From positions 4,012-68,011 of the forward strand of contig JAKEIC010000342.1 of assembly GCA_022614695.1 (NCBI GenBank): 64,000 nucleotides of DNA, in the 5' to 3' direction. Positions 9,261 to 19,213 of this stretch are shown here, one piece after another (positions within the stretch are counted from its first letter, which is position 1; the number at the start of each line of letters is the position of its first letter). Both the position numbers and the translations under genes were made by a program. The notes beneath the pieces are model-generated. The model saw only the letters and a list, made by a program, of their open reading frames with translations, searched no databases and was not told the origin of the DNA. The DNA comes from Planctomycetales bacterium. GTDB taxonomy: Bacteria > Planctomycetota > JAKEIC01.

Positions 9261-10112
9261 TCAGCGGCCGCCGGGAAGCGAGACTCGGTCCTTCATCCGG
9301 GCCCACCAATCCTGCCAGACCCGGCGATGAGGCGGGAGGTTCATGCGGCCCAGCGGAGTCTCCTGCAACCAGGCTTCGATCAGTCCGGTAATCGCTACGG
9401 ACAGGTAGTCGTCGTCGGCCTCCGGGGGGTCAAGGAGCATCTCGATCAACTCAGGGAGGGCAGCCTTGCGCGGATGCCCGCGCAGGCCTTGGCAGATCGC
9501 GTCGACGAGCCGAACCCGAGCTTCCGCGGAACGGCGGGATGCGCTATTCACACCGGCAAGGGGTCGTCGCCCTTCCTTCCGGAGGCGTTCGAGCAGGGCG
9601 GGATAGATCGTCTCTTCGTTCCACACGGGGGGGGCACAGAGGACCCTCACGATCGTCCACCTCTCGTCGAGACCCTCCTGAGCGAGCAGGACCAGGCACG
9701 CATCGAGGTACTTGAGGTCCACACGCTCGCGAGACGGCAAGGCCGCGTTGGCTGGCGGTGGGACCCCGAGCTCTCGGAGTTTCTCGACGATCTCGCTCGG
9801 AAGCGTCGGGGGCGGCGACGCGGTGAGCGGGGTGTCCGTCCCGGCGACGACCTCGGACGAGCTCGCTCGTTGCATCGACGGCGCGCGCTCGATCCTCTCG
9901 ATCCTCCGCTCCAGCTCCGTGAGCTTCTCGGAGATCGTCTGAAGCGCGAGGAGCGCGCCCGAGTCGCGCGGGACGGCGGCTTCGAGGGCGGAGGAGCGCC
10001 GCGCCGGCGCCCAGGGAGCGAAGGCGAGCATCGCCGCGAGGACAACGCCCGCGCCGAGGAAGGCCGCGAGGGCGGGGAGCCAGAGGCGCCACGCCGGTCC
10101 CGGGGAGTCCAT
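9261..10112 (-). CDS. hypothetical N-terminally membrane-anchored protein
   Basis: The ATG at 10112 overlaps the upstream stop (TGATG). It has a TM helix (WLPALAAFLGAGVVLAAMLAF), a coiled-coil-like segment and normal composition. I recognised no family. The 3' part looks less GC-rich by eye. Confidence 0.5.
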   Translation of the reverse strand: MDSPGPAWRLWLPALAAFLGAGVVLAAMLAFAPWAPARRSSALEAAVPRDSGALLALQTISEKLTELERRIERIERAPSMQRASSSEVVAGTDTPLTASPPPTLPSEIVEKLRELGVPPPANAALPSRERVDLKYLDACLVLLAQEGLDERWTIVRVLCAPPVWNEETIYPALLERLRKEGRRPLAGVNSASRRSAEARVRLVDAICQGLRGHPRKAALPELIEMLLDPPEADDDYLSVAITGLIEAWLQETPLGRMNLPPHRRVWQDWWARMKDRVSLPGGR

Positions 10113-10639
10113 CAGCCGGGGATCGTAGCAGACCTCGCGAGCAGGAGGTCCGAGTACGACACCGGCACCAGGTCCGCTTCGGCCACTCCGAGCAATCCCC
10201 GCCAGCGCTCGGCCTCGGCCGCGAGCGGGGCAAGGTCGGCGCCCTCCGGCCCCTCGACTTCCACCTCGACGAAGCTCCCGAGCCCTTCCACCTCGTCCAC
10301 GTGGACCTTCACCGCGCCCGCCCGGAAGAGCTCGCGCCGCTTCCCGACGACGACGCGCACCCCGCAGGCGGCCCCGAGGAGGGGTCCCAGCTCCGCCGGC
10401 GGGTCGTGGACGAGGAGCACCCGGCTCTCCCGGGTCCGCGCCCCGTCCGCGCGCTCGTAGAAGACGATCTCCCGGCCGAGGTCCCCCTCGCGGAGCTTGA
10501 GCCGCCCCCGCGGGACGTCGTAGTAGGTGTCCACCTGCCGGCCGGCGTTCGCGAGGCGGGCCCCGGCGGCGACTGCCGCCCGCCGCGCCGCCTCCGGGTG
10601 CCGGCAGCGCGCCTTCCACTCGGCGTTCACGAGGCGCAC
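10112..10639 (-). CDS. CYTH-domain protein (class IV adenylate cyclase / triphosphate tunnel enzyme-like)
   Basis: CyaB/CYTH-like pattern: EWKAR...QVDTYYDVPRGRLKLRE...FYER...KRRELF..GAVKVHVDEVEGLGSFVEVEV. GTG at 10639 (alternative 10630). Confidence 0.7.
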   Translation of the reverse strand: MRLVNAEWKARCRHPEAARRAAVAAGARLANAGRQVDTYYDVPRGRLKLREGDLGREIVFYERADGARTRESRVLLVHDPPAELGPLLGAACGVRVVVGKRRELFRAGAVKVHVDEVEGLGSFVEVEVEGPEGADLAPLAAEAERWRGLLGVAEADLVPVSYSDLLLARSATIPG

Positions 10640-10656
10640 GGAAGCTGCGATGGGTC

Positions 10657-10664
10657 CATAATAG
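10657..10664. promoter_or_regulatory. shared divergent AT-rich -10 region (CATAATAG; TATTAT on the other strand)
   Basis: On the plus strand, TAATAG lies 8 nt before the kinase GTG at 10673. On the minus strand, TATTAT lies 18 nt before the CYTH GTG at 10639. Confidence 0.3.
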
Positions 10665-10672
10665 CCGCCGCC

Positions 10673-13045
10673 GTGAACATCGGGCCCTACGAGGTGATCG
10701 GAGAGCTCGGCCGCGGCGGGATGGGCACCGTCTACCGCGCCCGGGACCCGGAGCTCCGGCGCGAGATCGCGCTCAAGGTGCTCGAGCGCGGCGCCGCCTC
10801 GGACGAGCGCGCCCGGTTCCTCCGCGAGGGACGGACCGGCGCGCGTCTGCGCCACCCGAACATCGTGACGGTCCACGCGGCGGGGGAGGCCGACGGCGCC
10901 GCCTTCATCGCGCAGGAGCTGATCGAGGGCGAGAGCCTCGCCCACGCCCTCGCCCGCGAGCCCTTCCCGCCGGAGCGGGCGGCGCGGCTCGTCGCGACGG
11001 TGGCGCGCGCCCTCGGCCACGCCCACCGCGAGGGCGTGGTCCACCGCGACGTGAAGCCGGGGAACATCCTCCTCGACCGGGCGGGCGAGCCCCACCTCGC
11101 CGACTTCGGTCTCGCGCGGACCGTCGAGGCCTCGGCCGCGCTCTCGCGCTCGGGCCAGGCGATCGGGACCCCGCACTACATGTCGCCCGAGCAGGCGAGC
11201 GGCCGGGTGGGCGTCGTGGACGCCCGCACGGACGTCTGGGGCTGCGGGATGGTCCTCTACGAGTGCCTCGCGGCCGCCCGGCCCTTCGAGGCCGAGGGGC
11301 CCATGGCCGTGATGACGGCGATCGTGCACGAGGAGCCCGTGCCGCTCCGGCGCCGGGTCCCCTCCGTGCCCGCAGCGCTCGACGTGGTCGTCGCACGCTG
11401 CCTCGAGAAGGAGCCGGACCGGCGCTACAGCTCGGCCGACGCCCTGGCCGAGGACCTGGAGAGGTACCTCGGGGGGCGTCCGGTCCTGGCTCGGGCCCCG
11501 GGGCTCGCGGAGAGGTGTCGCCGGCGCGTCCGCCGGAACCCGGCTGCCTACGGTGTCGGCGCGGCGCTCGGCGCCGTGGCGCTCCTCCTCGCCGGGGCGC
11601 TGGCCGTGCGCACGCTCCGCGAACGGGCCGGCCGCGCCGAGGAGGCGCGGCGCGCGGAGGAGCGCGTGCGGGCCCAGGCGGAGGGGTTCCTCGCCGAGGC
11701 GCGGGCGGCGCGGGAGGAGATCCGGCGCCTCGACGAGGCGCTCGCGAAGGTCCCCCGCGTGGAGGATCCCGCCGCCGAGGGGGGGGAGGGCGAGTCCGAA
11801 CGCGCCCGGCTCTGGCAGGAGCGCGAGGAGCAGACCGTGCTCGTCCGGAGCCACTACCTCGCCGTGCGTAGGATCCTCCGGGAGGAGCCCGGGCGGCCCG
11901 AGGCCCGGGAGGCGTCCGAGTCGCTCGGGGCCATCGCCTGGGCGCGACTCGTCGAGGCCGAGGCGGAAGGGAACCGCGAGGCGGCCGCGCGGTTCGAGGC
12001 GCTGCTGCGAGAGGCTGCCCCCGAGCGCTACGCGCAGGAGCTTCGCGGGGACGGCACGCTCACGCTCCGGACCGATCCTCCGGGGGCGGAGGTCGAGGCG
12101 CTCCAGTACGGGGAGGAGGACGGGAAGCTCGTCGCGAGGCCCTGGCGCCCCCTCGGGACGACTCCCATCGAGAAGGCGCCCTTGCCCATGGGCTCGTACC
12201 TCCTCGTCCTCCGGAAGGAGGGCTGCCGCGACGTCCGCTACCCGGTCCTCGTCGAGCGCGGGGAGGACGACGTCTCCCGCGACCCGGTCCCCCTCCTCAC
12301 GGACCGTCAGATCGGCAAGGGCTACGTCTGGGTCCCGCCGGGCGAGGCGATCCTCGGCGGCGACCCGAAGGCGCCCTACGCCTGGTCGCGGCGTAAGCGC
12401 TGGGTCGCGGGGTTCTGCCTCGCGGAGCGTGAGGTCACGTTCCGGGAGTACCGGGAGTTCCTCGGGGCGCTCCTCGCGAGGGGCGCCCCGGCGGCCGAGG
12501 TCGAGGCGCGCTGCCCGCGCCGGAGCGGGGTGGGTGGGGGCTACTGGGGCGTGCGCGATGGCCAGGTCGTCGAGCGCGGGCGCATCCCGGAGGAGTTCCC
12601 CGTCTTCGGCATCTCCTGGGGCGACGCCGACGCCTACGCCCGATGGCGGGGCGAGGTCGAGGGGCGCGGGGCGCGGCTCCCGACCGAGGAGGAGTGGGAG
12701 CGGGCCGCCCGCGGGGCCGACGGCCGGCTCTTCCCGTGGGGGAACGTCTTCCGCTGGGAGCGCGTCGTGGGCGGCCGGAGCCCGGTCCACGGCGAGCGGC
12801 CGCGCCCGAGACCCCCGGGGACCGCGGCCGACGACGTCTCGCCGTTCGGGGTGCGCGACCTCGCCGGGAGCGTCTACGAGTGGTGCGACGACCTGATCTC
12901 CGGCCGCAACCGCGCCGCGCGCGGCGGCGCCTGGGGCCACCTGAACACGAGCTACTTCCGCGCCGCATACCGGAACGGATACGACGAGACGCTCCTCGGG
13001 GACATGCACGGATTCCGGGTGCGGGCGGAGCCGAAGGCCCGATGA
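10673..13045 (+). CDS. full-length Ser/Thr protein kinase - TM - PEGA-like - FGE-sulfatase (SUMF1-like) domain protein (K1)
   Basis: All Hanks motifs are present: GRGGMGTVY, IALKVL, HRDVKPGNILL, DFGLAR, SPEQ. A TM helix follows (AAYGVGAALGAVALLLAGALAV). A PEGA-like segment is LTLRTDPPGAEVE. The FGE-sulfatase-like C-terminus contains GISWGDADAYARW, PTEEEWERAARG and RGGAWG. Confidence 0.9.
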   Translation: MNIGPYEVIGELGRGGMGTVYRARDPELRREIALKVLERGAASDERARFLREGRTGARLRHPNIVTVHAAGEADGAAFIAQELIEGESLAHALAREPFPPERAARLVATVARALGHAHREGVVHRDVKPGNILLDRAGEPHLADFGLARTVEASAALSRSGQAIGTPHYMSPEQASGRVGVVDARTDVWGCGMVLYECLAAARPFEAEGPMAVMTAIVHEEPVPLRRRVPSVPAALDVVVARCLEKEPDRRYSSADALAEDLERYLGGRPVLARAPGLAERCRRRVRRNPAAYGVGAALGAVALLLAGALAVRTLRERAGRAEEARRAEERVRAQAEGFLAEARAAREEIRRLDEALAKVPRVEDPAAEGGEGESERARLWQEREEQTVLVRSHYLAVRRILREEPGRPEAREASESLGAIAWARLVEAEAEGNREAAARFEALLREAAPERYAQELRGDGTLTLRTDPPGAEVEALQYGEEDGKLVARPWRPLGTTPIEKAPLPMGSYLLVLRKEGCRDVRYPVLVERGEDDVSRDPVPLLTDRQIGKGYVWVPPGEAILGGDPKAPYAWSRRKRWVAGFCLAEREVTFREYREFLGALLARGAPAAEVEARCPRRSGVGGGYWGVRDGQVVERGRIPEEFPVFGISWGDADAYARWRGEVEGRGARLPTEEEWERAARGADGRLFPWGNVFRWERVVGGRSPVHGERPRPRPPGTAADDVSPFGVRDLAGSVYEWCDDLISGRNRAARGGAWGHLNTSYFRAAYRNGYDETLLGDMHGFRVRAEPKAR

Positions 13046-15000
13046 ATTCCGCTCCCGCTCCCGGCCCCCCCCGCGCGTACCTCACCGACTTCGGCCTCGC
13101 GAAGTCCGTCGCGACCGGCTCGAAGCTCACGCGCACCGGCCAGGCGCTCGGGACGCCGGCCTACATGAGCCCGGAGCAGGCCCGGGGCGAGGTCTCCTCC
13201 CTCACGCCGGCGACGGACGTCTGGGGCCTGGGCTGCGTGCTCTACGAGATGCTGGCGGGAAGGCAGCCCTTCGAGGCCGAGACAAGCGAGGGGGTGGTGG
13301 TGGGGCGGATCCTCCTGACCGAGCCGCCGCGGCTCCGGACCCGGCGTGGGGACGTCCCGGCAGGGCTCGAACGAGTGGTCCGGGTGACCCTCGCGAAACG
13401 GGGTCAGGACCGCTACCGGGGCTCGGACGCCCTGAGAGACGACCTGGGCCGCGTGCTCGTCGGGAGCCGGCCGCGCGCGCGGCTGCCCGGGTGGCGGCTC
13501 CGCACCGGGGCCGGGCTTGCCGTGGCTGTCGCGGCGGGGCTCGGTATCGCGGCCGCGTGGCCTCGGGAGTTGCCGCCCGCTCCCGCAGTCCGCGCGGGCC
13601 CTGCCTCATCGGAGGCCGATCTCCTCGCGGCTCGGGCCCGAGGGCTCCGGCAGGCGGATCCCCGGGAGGCGGCCAGGCTCCTGGGGCAGGCGCTGTCTGC
13701 AGCGCCCGAGCGGCACGACTGGAGGCTCGAGAGAGGGCTCCTCCTCTGGGCCGTGGGCCAGTGGAAAGCCGCGCGCGAGGAGTGGGGCTCGATCCCCGAG
13801 AGCGCGACCGTCGGGAGCCGCGCGAGGCTCTATCGGGGGCTCGAGGCGCTCTTCCGGCTGGAGGGCGGCGTCTTCCACGCGGAAGAGGGGCGACCCGACC
13901 TCGAAGCGGCGGCGGCGGGGAGGGGTGAGGTGGCCCAGATCGCTAGGGGAGCGCTGGCAACCCTGTCGCACGACTGGTCCGAGGCCCGCAGGAGGCTCCG
14001 GGACGCTCCGGGCTGGGAGGCGGCGCTCCTTCGTGGATACGTGGAAGCGGGAGCCGAGAAGGGGGACGAGGCCGCCGCCGTCCGCGAGTACGGTCGCGCC
14101 CTCGAGGAGGGGATCCCGTTCGCGTGGGTCCTGGCCAGTCGTGGGGCCGTGCGTCACGGCCTCGGAGACCTCCGCGGCGCGCTGGAGGATTACGACGCGT
14201 CGCTCAGGCTCCAGCCCGGCACCCAGGCGGCGCTCTGCAATCGGGGGCTCGCGAAGCGAGACCTCCGAGACCCCCGCGGGGCGCTCGCCGACTACGACGC
14301 CGCGCTCCGGATCTGGCCGGACGACCCGGTCGCCCTCAACGGCCGGGGCGCCGCCCGGGCGCTCCTCGGAGACCTCGTCGGGGCGATCGAGGACCACGGC
14401 GCCGCACTGAGGCTCCGGCCGGACTTCCACGACGCCCGTTCCTACCGCGGCGCCGCGCGGCAGACCCTCGGGGACTACCGCGGGGCCATCGAGGACTACG
14501 ACGCCGCCCTCGCCCTGCTCCCGGACTTCCCCGAGGTGCACCTGAATCGGGGGGGCGTCCGGTGGGTCCTCGGGGACGTCCCTGGGGCGCTCGCTGACTA
14601 CGACGCCGCGCTCAGGCTCCGGCCCGGCTACGACCAGGCCCTCGTGGCTCGGGCGAACGCCCGCCTCGATCTCGGGGAGGATGGCCCGGCACTCGAGGAC
14701 TTCACGGCCGCCGTCGCCGCCGCCCCCACGCCGCGTCTCCACGGGTCGAGGGCCCTGGCGCTCGCGCGGCTCGGCCGGCTCGACGAGGCGCTCGCCGCCG
14801 CGGCGACGGCGCTCTCGATGGACCCGAAGGGACCCCACTACGCGTACGCGGCGCGAGGGCTCGTGAGGCTGCGGCAGGGCCGGCGAGCCGAGGCGCTCGC
14901 CGAGTTCGAGACATTCGACTCGCTCGCGCCTCGGACGGACCCGCTCCGGACGCAGGTCGCCGGTTGGAGGGCGGAGGCGGCAGGCGACGTCCCGAAGTAG
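13042..15000 (+). CDS. N-lobe-less kinase C-lobe - TM - TPR protein, array copy P1
   Basis: The ATG overlaps the K1 stop (ATGA, 13042-13045). The protein starts MNSAPAPGPPRAYLTDFGLAK, that is at kinase subdomain VII. It then has GTPAYMSPEQ, DVWGLGCVLYEML and DRY, followed by a TM helix and 34-aa TPR units (..GALEDYDAALRL.P). Confidence 0.8.
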   Translation: MNSAPAPGPPRAYLTDFGLAKSVATGSKLTRTGQALGTPAYMSPEQARGEVSSLTPATDVWGLGCVLYEMLAGRQPFEAETSEGVVVGRILLTEPPRLRTRRGDVPAGLERVVRVTLAKRGQDRYRGSDALRDDLGRVLVGSRPRARLPGWRLRTGAGLAVAVAAGLGIAAAWPRELPPAPAVRAGPASSEADLLAARARGLRQADPREAARLLGQALSAAPERHDWRLERGLLLWAVGQWKAAREEWGSIPESATVGSRARLYRGLEALFRLEGGVFHAEEGRPDLEAAAAGRGEVAQIARGALATLSHDWSEARRRLRDAPGWEAALLRGYVEAGAEKGDEAAAVREYGRALEEGIPFAWVLASRGAVRHGLGDLRGALEDYDASLRLQPGTQAALCNRGLAKRDLRDPRGALADYDAALRIWPDDPVALNGRGAARALLGDLVGAIEDHGAALRLRPDFHDARSYRGAARQTLGDYRGAIEDYDAALALLPDFPEVHLNRGGVRWVLGDVPGALADYDAALRLRPGYDQALVARANARLDLGEDGPALEDFTAAVAAAPTPRLHGSRALALARLGRLDEALAAAATALSMDPKGPHYAYAARGLVRLRQGRRAEALAEFETFDSLAPRTDPLRTQVAGWRAEAAGDVPK

Positions 15001-15003
15001 GAT
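14998..15003 (+). promoter_or_regulatory. TAGGAT junction hexamer (P1 stop embedded)
   Basis: TAGGATCGCGCC is conserved with the four other junctions. Here it is followed by a copy-specific insert containing a cccgggag direct repeat, TTGACG and GAGAAT. Confidence 0.3.
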
Positions 15004-15016
15004 CGCGCCCCGGGAG

Positions 15017-17215
15017 TTGACGCCCGGGAGAATCCTCGTGGGAACCAAGCCCGACACGGCGATGTCGGCACCCCGCCTCGAGCCCCGCGCCTTCCTCACC
15101 GACTTCGGCCTCGCGAAGTCCGTCGCGACTGGCTCGAAGCTCACGCGCACCGGCCAGGCCCTCGGGACGCCGGCCTACATGAGCCCGGAACAGGCCCGGG
15201 GCGAGGTCTCGTCGCTCACCACGGCGACGGACGTCTGGAGCCTCGGCAGCGTCCTCTTCGAGCTGCTCGCGGGGCGGCCGGCCTTCGAGGGGGAGACCTC
15301 CGCCGCGATCGTCGGGAGGATCCTCCTGGCGGAGCCGACGCGCCTCCGGAGGGTCCGGCCCGACGCCCCGCGTGGGCTCGATCGGGTGGTGCGGGTCGCC
15401 CTCGCCAAGCGGGCGCGGGATCGCTACCGCGACGCCGGCGCCCTGCGGGACGACCTCGCCCGGGTGCTCCGCGGCGAGTCGCCGCGGGCGCGCCCCGCGG
15501 GGACCTGGCGCCGGGTCGCGGTCCCCGTCGCGATCGCCTCGGGGGTGGTCCTCGCCCTCGCGGCCTTCCGCGGGCCGCGCGTCGCCGCACCGGCCGAGCT
15601 GCCCTCCTCCGGGGACTCCGAGGCCGAGAAGCTCGTGGTGGCGAGCCGCGCCCTCCGGCACTCCGACCCGCGGGGGGCCGCCGGGCTCCTCGGGCAGGCC
15701 CTCGCGCTCGATCCGTCGCGACCGGGGCTGCGTCTCGAGCGGGGACTCCTCCTCTGGGCGGTGGGAGAGGGCCCGGCGGCGCGGGAGGAGTGGGGACGCA
15801 TCGCGGCCGGGGTCCCCGAGGCCGCGGCCGCGAGGCTCTACCTCGGCCTCGAGGCCCTCTTCCACGCCGGGGGCGCCGACCCGCGGTTGGCGGAGGCCGA
15901 GGACCACCTGCGGAGGACCGCGGCCGGGGACGGCCCGGAGGCGCTCCTCGCCCGCGCCGCGCTCGCGGCCCTCGATTCCGAGTGGGGCTCGGCCCGCGCG
16001 CTGCTCCGCGACGCGAGGGGATGGGTCGCGGACGCCCTCCGCGGGTACGTGGAGGGGGTGGACCCGGCCGGGGATCCGCAGGCCGCGGCGCGCGCCGACA
16101 CGGCGGCGCTCGAGCAAGGCATCCCGTTCGCGTGGATCTACTGCAACCGGTCCGCCGCGCGGACACTGCTGGGCGACCCGCGCGGGGGACTCGAGGACGC
16201 CGAGCGGAGCCTCGCGCTCAGCGCCGGCATCGTCGAGGCGTACGCGAATCGCGGGGAGGCCCGGTCGCGCCTGGGGGACCGCGCCGGGGCGGTCGAGGAC
16301 TTCGGGAAGGTCCTCGACCATCGGCCGCGATCCTGGGAGGCCTGGACGAGGCGAGGCACCCTCCGGTACGAACTGCGGGACCTCCGCGGCGCCCTCGAGG
16401 ACTTCTCGGCGGCCCTCCGCCTGCGGCCGGACGACCCGGAGCGCCTCAACGACCGCGCCGGCGTCCTGCACGATCTCGGGGAGTACGACCGGGCCCTGGC
16501 CGACTGCGAGGCCGCGCTTCGGCTCCGACCCGAGTACCCCGACGCCCTGGCCAACCGGGGCGCGGTCCGCCTGGGGCTCAGCGACCCCCGGGGCGCGGTC
16601 GCGGACTTCGCGGCCGCCCTGCGGCTGCGTCCGGACATCCCCGAGATCCTGGTCAACCGGGGCATTGCCCGGCATGCGATGAGCGACCTCCGCGGGGCGG
16701 CCGAGGACTTCGACTCGGCCCTCCGGCTCCGGCCGGAGTATGACCAGGCCCACGCGGCGCGTGGGATCGTCCGGCGAGACCTCGGCGACCCGTCGGGGTC
16801 CGTCGAGGACCTCACCGCCGCCCTCGCCGTCCGCGCCGACGACCCGGAGTTCCTCGGCGCCCGGGGCCTCGCGCGGCGGGACCTCGGGGATCTCCCCGGG
16901 GCCCTCTCGGACCTGGATCGCGCGGTCGCCCGGGACGAGCGGAACCCGACGTACCGGAGCAACCGCGCCCTCACGCTCGCGCAGCTCGGCCGGCACGACG
17001 AGGCGCTCGCCGAGGCCGCGCGGGCCCTCGCGGCGGATCCGCAGGGCCCCTACTATGCCCATGCCGCCCGGGGGCTGGTGTTCCTTCGCCAAGCCGAACT
17101 CGCGAAAGCCCTCGCCGAATTCGAGCGCTTCGAGGCGCTCGCGGCGCCAGGGGACATGCTGCGGAAGGAGGTCGCCGCCTGGAGAAGAGAAGCGGCCGGA
17201 GGCCCCCAGAAGTAG
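15017..17215 (+). CDS. N-lobe-less kinase C-lobe - TM - TPR protein, array copy P2
   Basis: Same architecture as P1. Possible starts are TTG 15017, GTG 15038 and ATG 15062. The ATG at 15062 aligns with the internal ATG of P3-P5. Confidence 0.8.
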   Translation: MTPGRILVGTKPDTAMSAPRLEPRAFLTDFGLAKSVATGSKLTRTGQALGTPAYMSPEQARGEVSSLTTATDVWSLGSVLFELLAGRPAFEGETSAAIVGRILLAEPTRLRRVRPDAPRGLDRVVRVALAKRARDRYRDAGALRDDLARVLRGESPRARPAGTWRRVAVPVAIASGVVLALAAFRGPRVAAPAELPSSGDSEAEKLVVASRALRHSDPRGAAGLLGQALALDPSRPGLRLERGLLLWAVGEGPAAREEWGRIAAGVPEAAAARLYLGLEALFHAGGADPRLAEAEDHLRRTAAGDGPEALLARAALAALDSEWGSARALLRDARGWVADALRGYVEGVDPAGDPQAAARADTAALEQGIPFAWIYCNRSAARTLLGDPRGGLEDAERSLALSAGIVEAYANRGEARSRLGDRAGAVEDFGKVLDHRPRSWEAWTRRGTLRYELRDLRGALEDFSAALRLRPDDPERLNDRAGVLHDLGEYDRALADCEAALRLRPEYPDALANRGAVRLGLSDPRGAVADFAAALRLRPDIPEILVNRGIARHAMSDLRGAAEDFDSALRLRPEYDQAHAARGIVRRDLGDPSGSVEDLTAALAVRADDPEFLGARGLARRDLGDLPGALSDLDRAVARDERNPTYRSNRALTLAQLGRHDEALAEAARALAADPQGPYYAHAARGLVFLRQAELAKALAEFERFEALAAPGDMLRKEVAAWRREAAGGPQK

Positions 17216-17218
17216 GAT
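17213..17218 (+). promoter_or_regulatory. TAGGAT -10-like hexamer on the P2 stop, 6 nt before GTG 17225 (leaderless geometry)
   Basis: Read directly: aagTAGGATcgcgccGTGcgg. Confidence 0.4.
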
Positions 17219-17224
17219 CGCGCC

Positions 17225-19204
17225 GTGCGGGGCGCCGCGGCACCGATGACGTCCGGCCGCCCCGTCGAGCCCCGCGCCTTCCTCACCGACTTCGGCCTCG
17301 CGAAGGCCGTCGCGACGGGCTCGAGATTCACGAGGTCCGGCGACGCCCTGGGGACCCCGGCCTACATGTCCCCCGAGCAGGCGCGCGGAGAGGCGTCGTC
17401 GCTCACGCCCGCGACGGACGTCTGGTCGCTCGGAGGGACGCTCTACGAGATGCTGGCCGCTCGGCCGCCGTTCCCGGGGGAATCGGCGGCCGCGATCGTG
17501 GGCGCGCTCCTCACGCGGGAACCCCGGCGGATCCAACGGGACCGGCCGGACGTCCCGCGCGCCCTGGATCGGGTCCTCCGGTGCTCGCTCGCGAAGGCGG
17601 CGCGCGCGCGGTACGCCGACGCCGGGGCTGTCCGCGACGACCTCGACCGGGTCCTCCGGGGCGAGCCGCCCCGGGCGAGGCTCCCGGGCTCGGGGCGCCT
17701 CCAGGCCGCCGCGGCCGTCCTCGCCGCCGGGCTCGCCGCCTGGGTCGCGCTCCTCGTCCTCCCACGCGGGGAGGGCGACTCCCCTTCGCCCGTCTCTCGG
17801 CCCGCCTCCTCGGCGGCCGAGGCTCTCGCGGCGCGGGCCTCCGGCCTCCGGGAGGGCGACCCGGCCGCCGCGGCGCGGCGCCTCGCGGAGGCCCTTGCCC
17901 TGGAGCCGGCGCGTCCGGCGTGGCGCCTCGAACTCGGGCTGCTCCTCTGGGCGCTCGGCGATGGCGAGGCGGCCCGGGCGGAGTGGGGCGGGGTCCCGCG
18001 AGAGGCGCCCGAGGGCCGGCGCGCGAGGCTCTACCGGGCTCTGGAGCCGCTCTTCCAGCTGCGGGAGCCCGGTTCCGCCTCGGGCGCGGACGCGGCCGCG
18101 CTCGGGGAGCTCGCCACCGGGGGCGACGCGGAGGCGCGCCTGGCCCGCGCGGCGCTCGCGTGCTCCTCGAGCCGCTGGCCCGAGACCCGGGCGGCTCTCG
18201 GGGCGCTGGAGGGCTGGGAGCCCGCCCTCCTGCGAGGCTACGTCGAGGCGATGGACCCTCGCGGCGACCCGACGGCGGCCGTCCGTGAGCTGTCCGCCGC
18301 GCTCACCGCCGGGATCCCGTTCGCTTGGGTCTACAGCCTCCGCGGGATGGCCCGCGAGGCCGCGGGCGATCTCCGTGGCGCGGAGGAGGACCAGACGGCG
18401 GCGCTCCGGCTGCTGCCGGCGTTCCCGGATGCGCTCACGAATCGGGGAACCGCCCGCTTGGGGCAGGGCCGGATCGCCGACGCGATCGCGGATCACACCG
18501 AGGCGCTGCGATACCGTCCCCGGGACGCCGCCGCGCTCAACAACCGCGCGAACGCCCGGCGGGCCGCGGGGGACTTGCGAGGGGCGGTCGCGGACTACTC
18601 CGCCGCGCTGGCGATCGAGCCCCACAACCCCGAGATGCTGAACAACCGGGGCCTCGCCCGGGCGATGCTGGGCGAATCGCGGGAGGCCTTCGCCGACGCC
18701 GACGCGGCCGTCCGTCTCCGGCCGGGGATGGCGGGAGCGTGGAACACGCGGGGCCTCGCGCGCTGGGGGCTCGGCGACTCCGCCGGGGCGATCGAGGACT
18801 ATTCGGCGGCCCTGCGCCTGGAGCCGCGGCGGCCGACGACCCTCCTGAGCCGCGCGCTGGCGAGGCGCGACCGCGGCGACCGCGAGAGCGCCCTCCGCGA
18901 CGTGGAGGAGGCGCTCGCCCTCGACCCCTCGCGGGCGACCGCCCACAGCAATCGGGCGCTCCTCCTGGCGGAGGTCGGCCGCGTGGGGGAAGCCCTCGCC
19001 AGCGCCGATCGGGCCCTCGCGATGGACCCGACGGGTGCGTACTACGCCCACGCCGCGCGCGGGCTGGTGCTGCTCCGCGAGGGAAGGAACGCCCAAGCCC
19101 TCGACGAGTTCGGGAAGTTCGATTCGCTCGCGGCGCCGGGGGACCCGCTCCGGAGGGACGTCGCCGTCTGGAAGGCGGAGGCGGCCGGGGGCGTCCCGAA
19201 GTAG
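17225..19204 (+). CDS. N-lobe-less kinase C-lobe - TM - TPR protein, array copy P3
   Basis: MRGAAAPMTSGRPVEPRAFLTDFGLAK..GTPAYMSPEQARGE..DVWSLG.., then a TM helix and TPRs. An alternative ATG lies at 17246. Confidence 0.8.
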   Translation: MRGAAAPMTSGRPVEPRAFLTDFGLAKAVATGSRFTRSGDALGTPAYMSPEQARGEASSLTPATDVWSLGGTLYEMLAARPPFPGESAAAIVGALLTREPRRIQRDRPDVPRALDRVLRCSLAKAARARYADAGAVRDDLDRVLRGEPPRARLPGSGRLQAAAAVLAAGLAAWVALLVLPRGEGDSPSPVSRPASSAAEALAARASGLREGDPAAAARRLAEALALEPARPAWRLELGLLLWALGDGEAARAEWGGVPREAPEGRRARLYRALEPLFQLREPGSASGADAAALGELATGGDAEARLARAALACSSSRWPETRAALGALEGWEPALLRGYVEAMDPRGDPTAAVRELSAALTAGIPFAWVYSLRGMAREAAGDLRGAEEDQTAALRLLPAFPDALTNRGTARLGQGRIADAIADHTEALRYRPRDAAALNNRANARRAAGDLRGAVADYSAALAIEPHNPEMLNNRGLARAMLGESREAFADADAAVRLRPGMAGAWNTRGLARWGLGDSAGAIEDYSAALRLEPRRPTTLLSRALARRDRGDRESALRDVEEALALDPSRATAHSNRALLLAEVGRVGEALASADRALAMDPTGAYYAHAARGLVLLREGRNAQALDEFGKFDSLAAPGDPLRRDVAVWKAEAAGGVPK

Positions 19205-19207
19205 GAT
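19202..19207 (+). promoter_or_regulatory. TAGGAT -10-like hexamer on the P3 stop, 6 nt before GTG 19214
   Basis: Read directly: aagTAGGATcgcgccGTGcgg. Confidence 0.4.
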
Positions 19208-19213
19208 CGCGCC

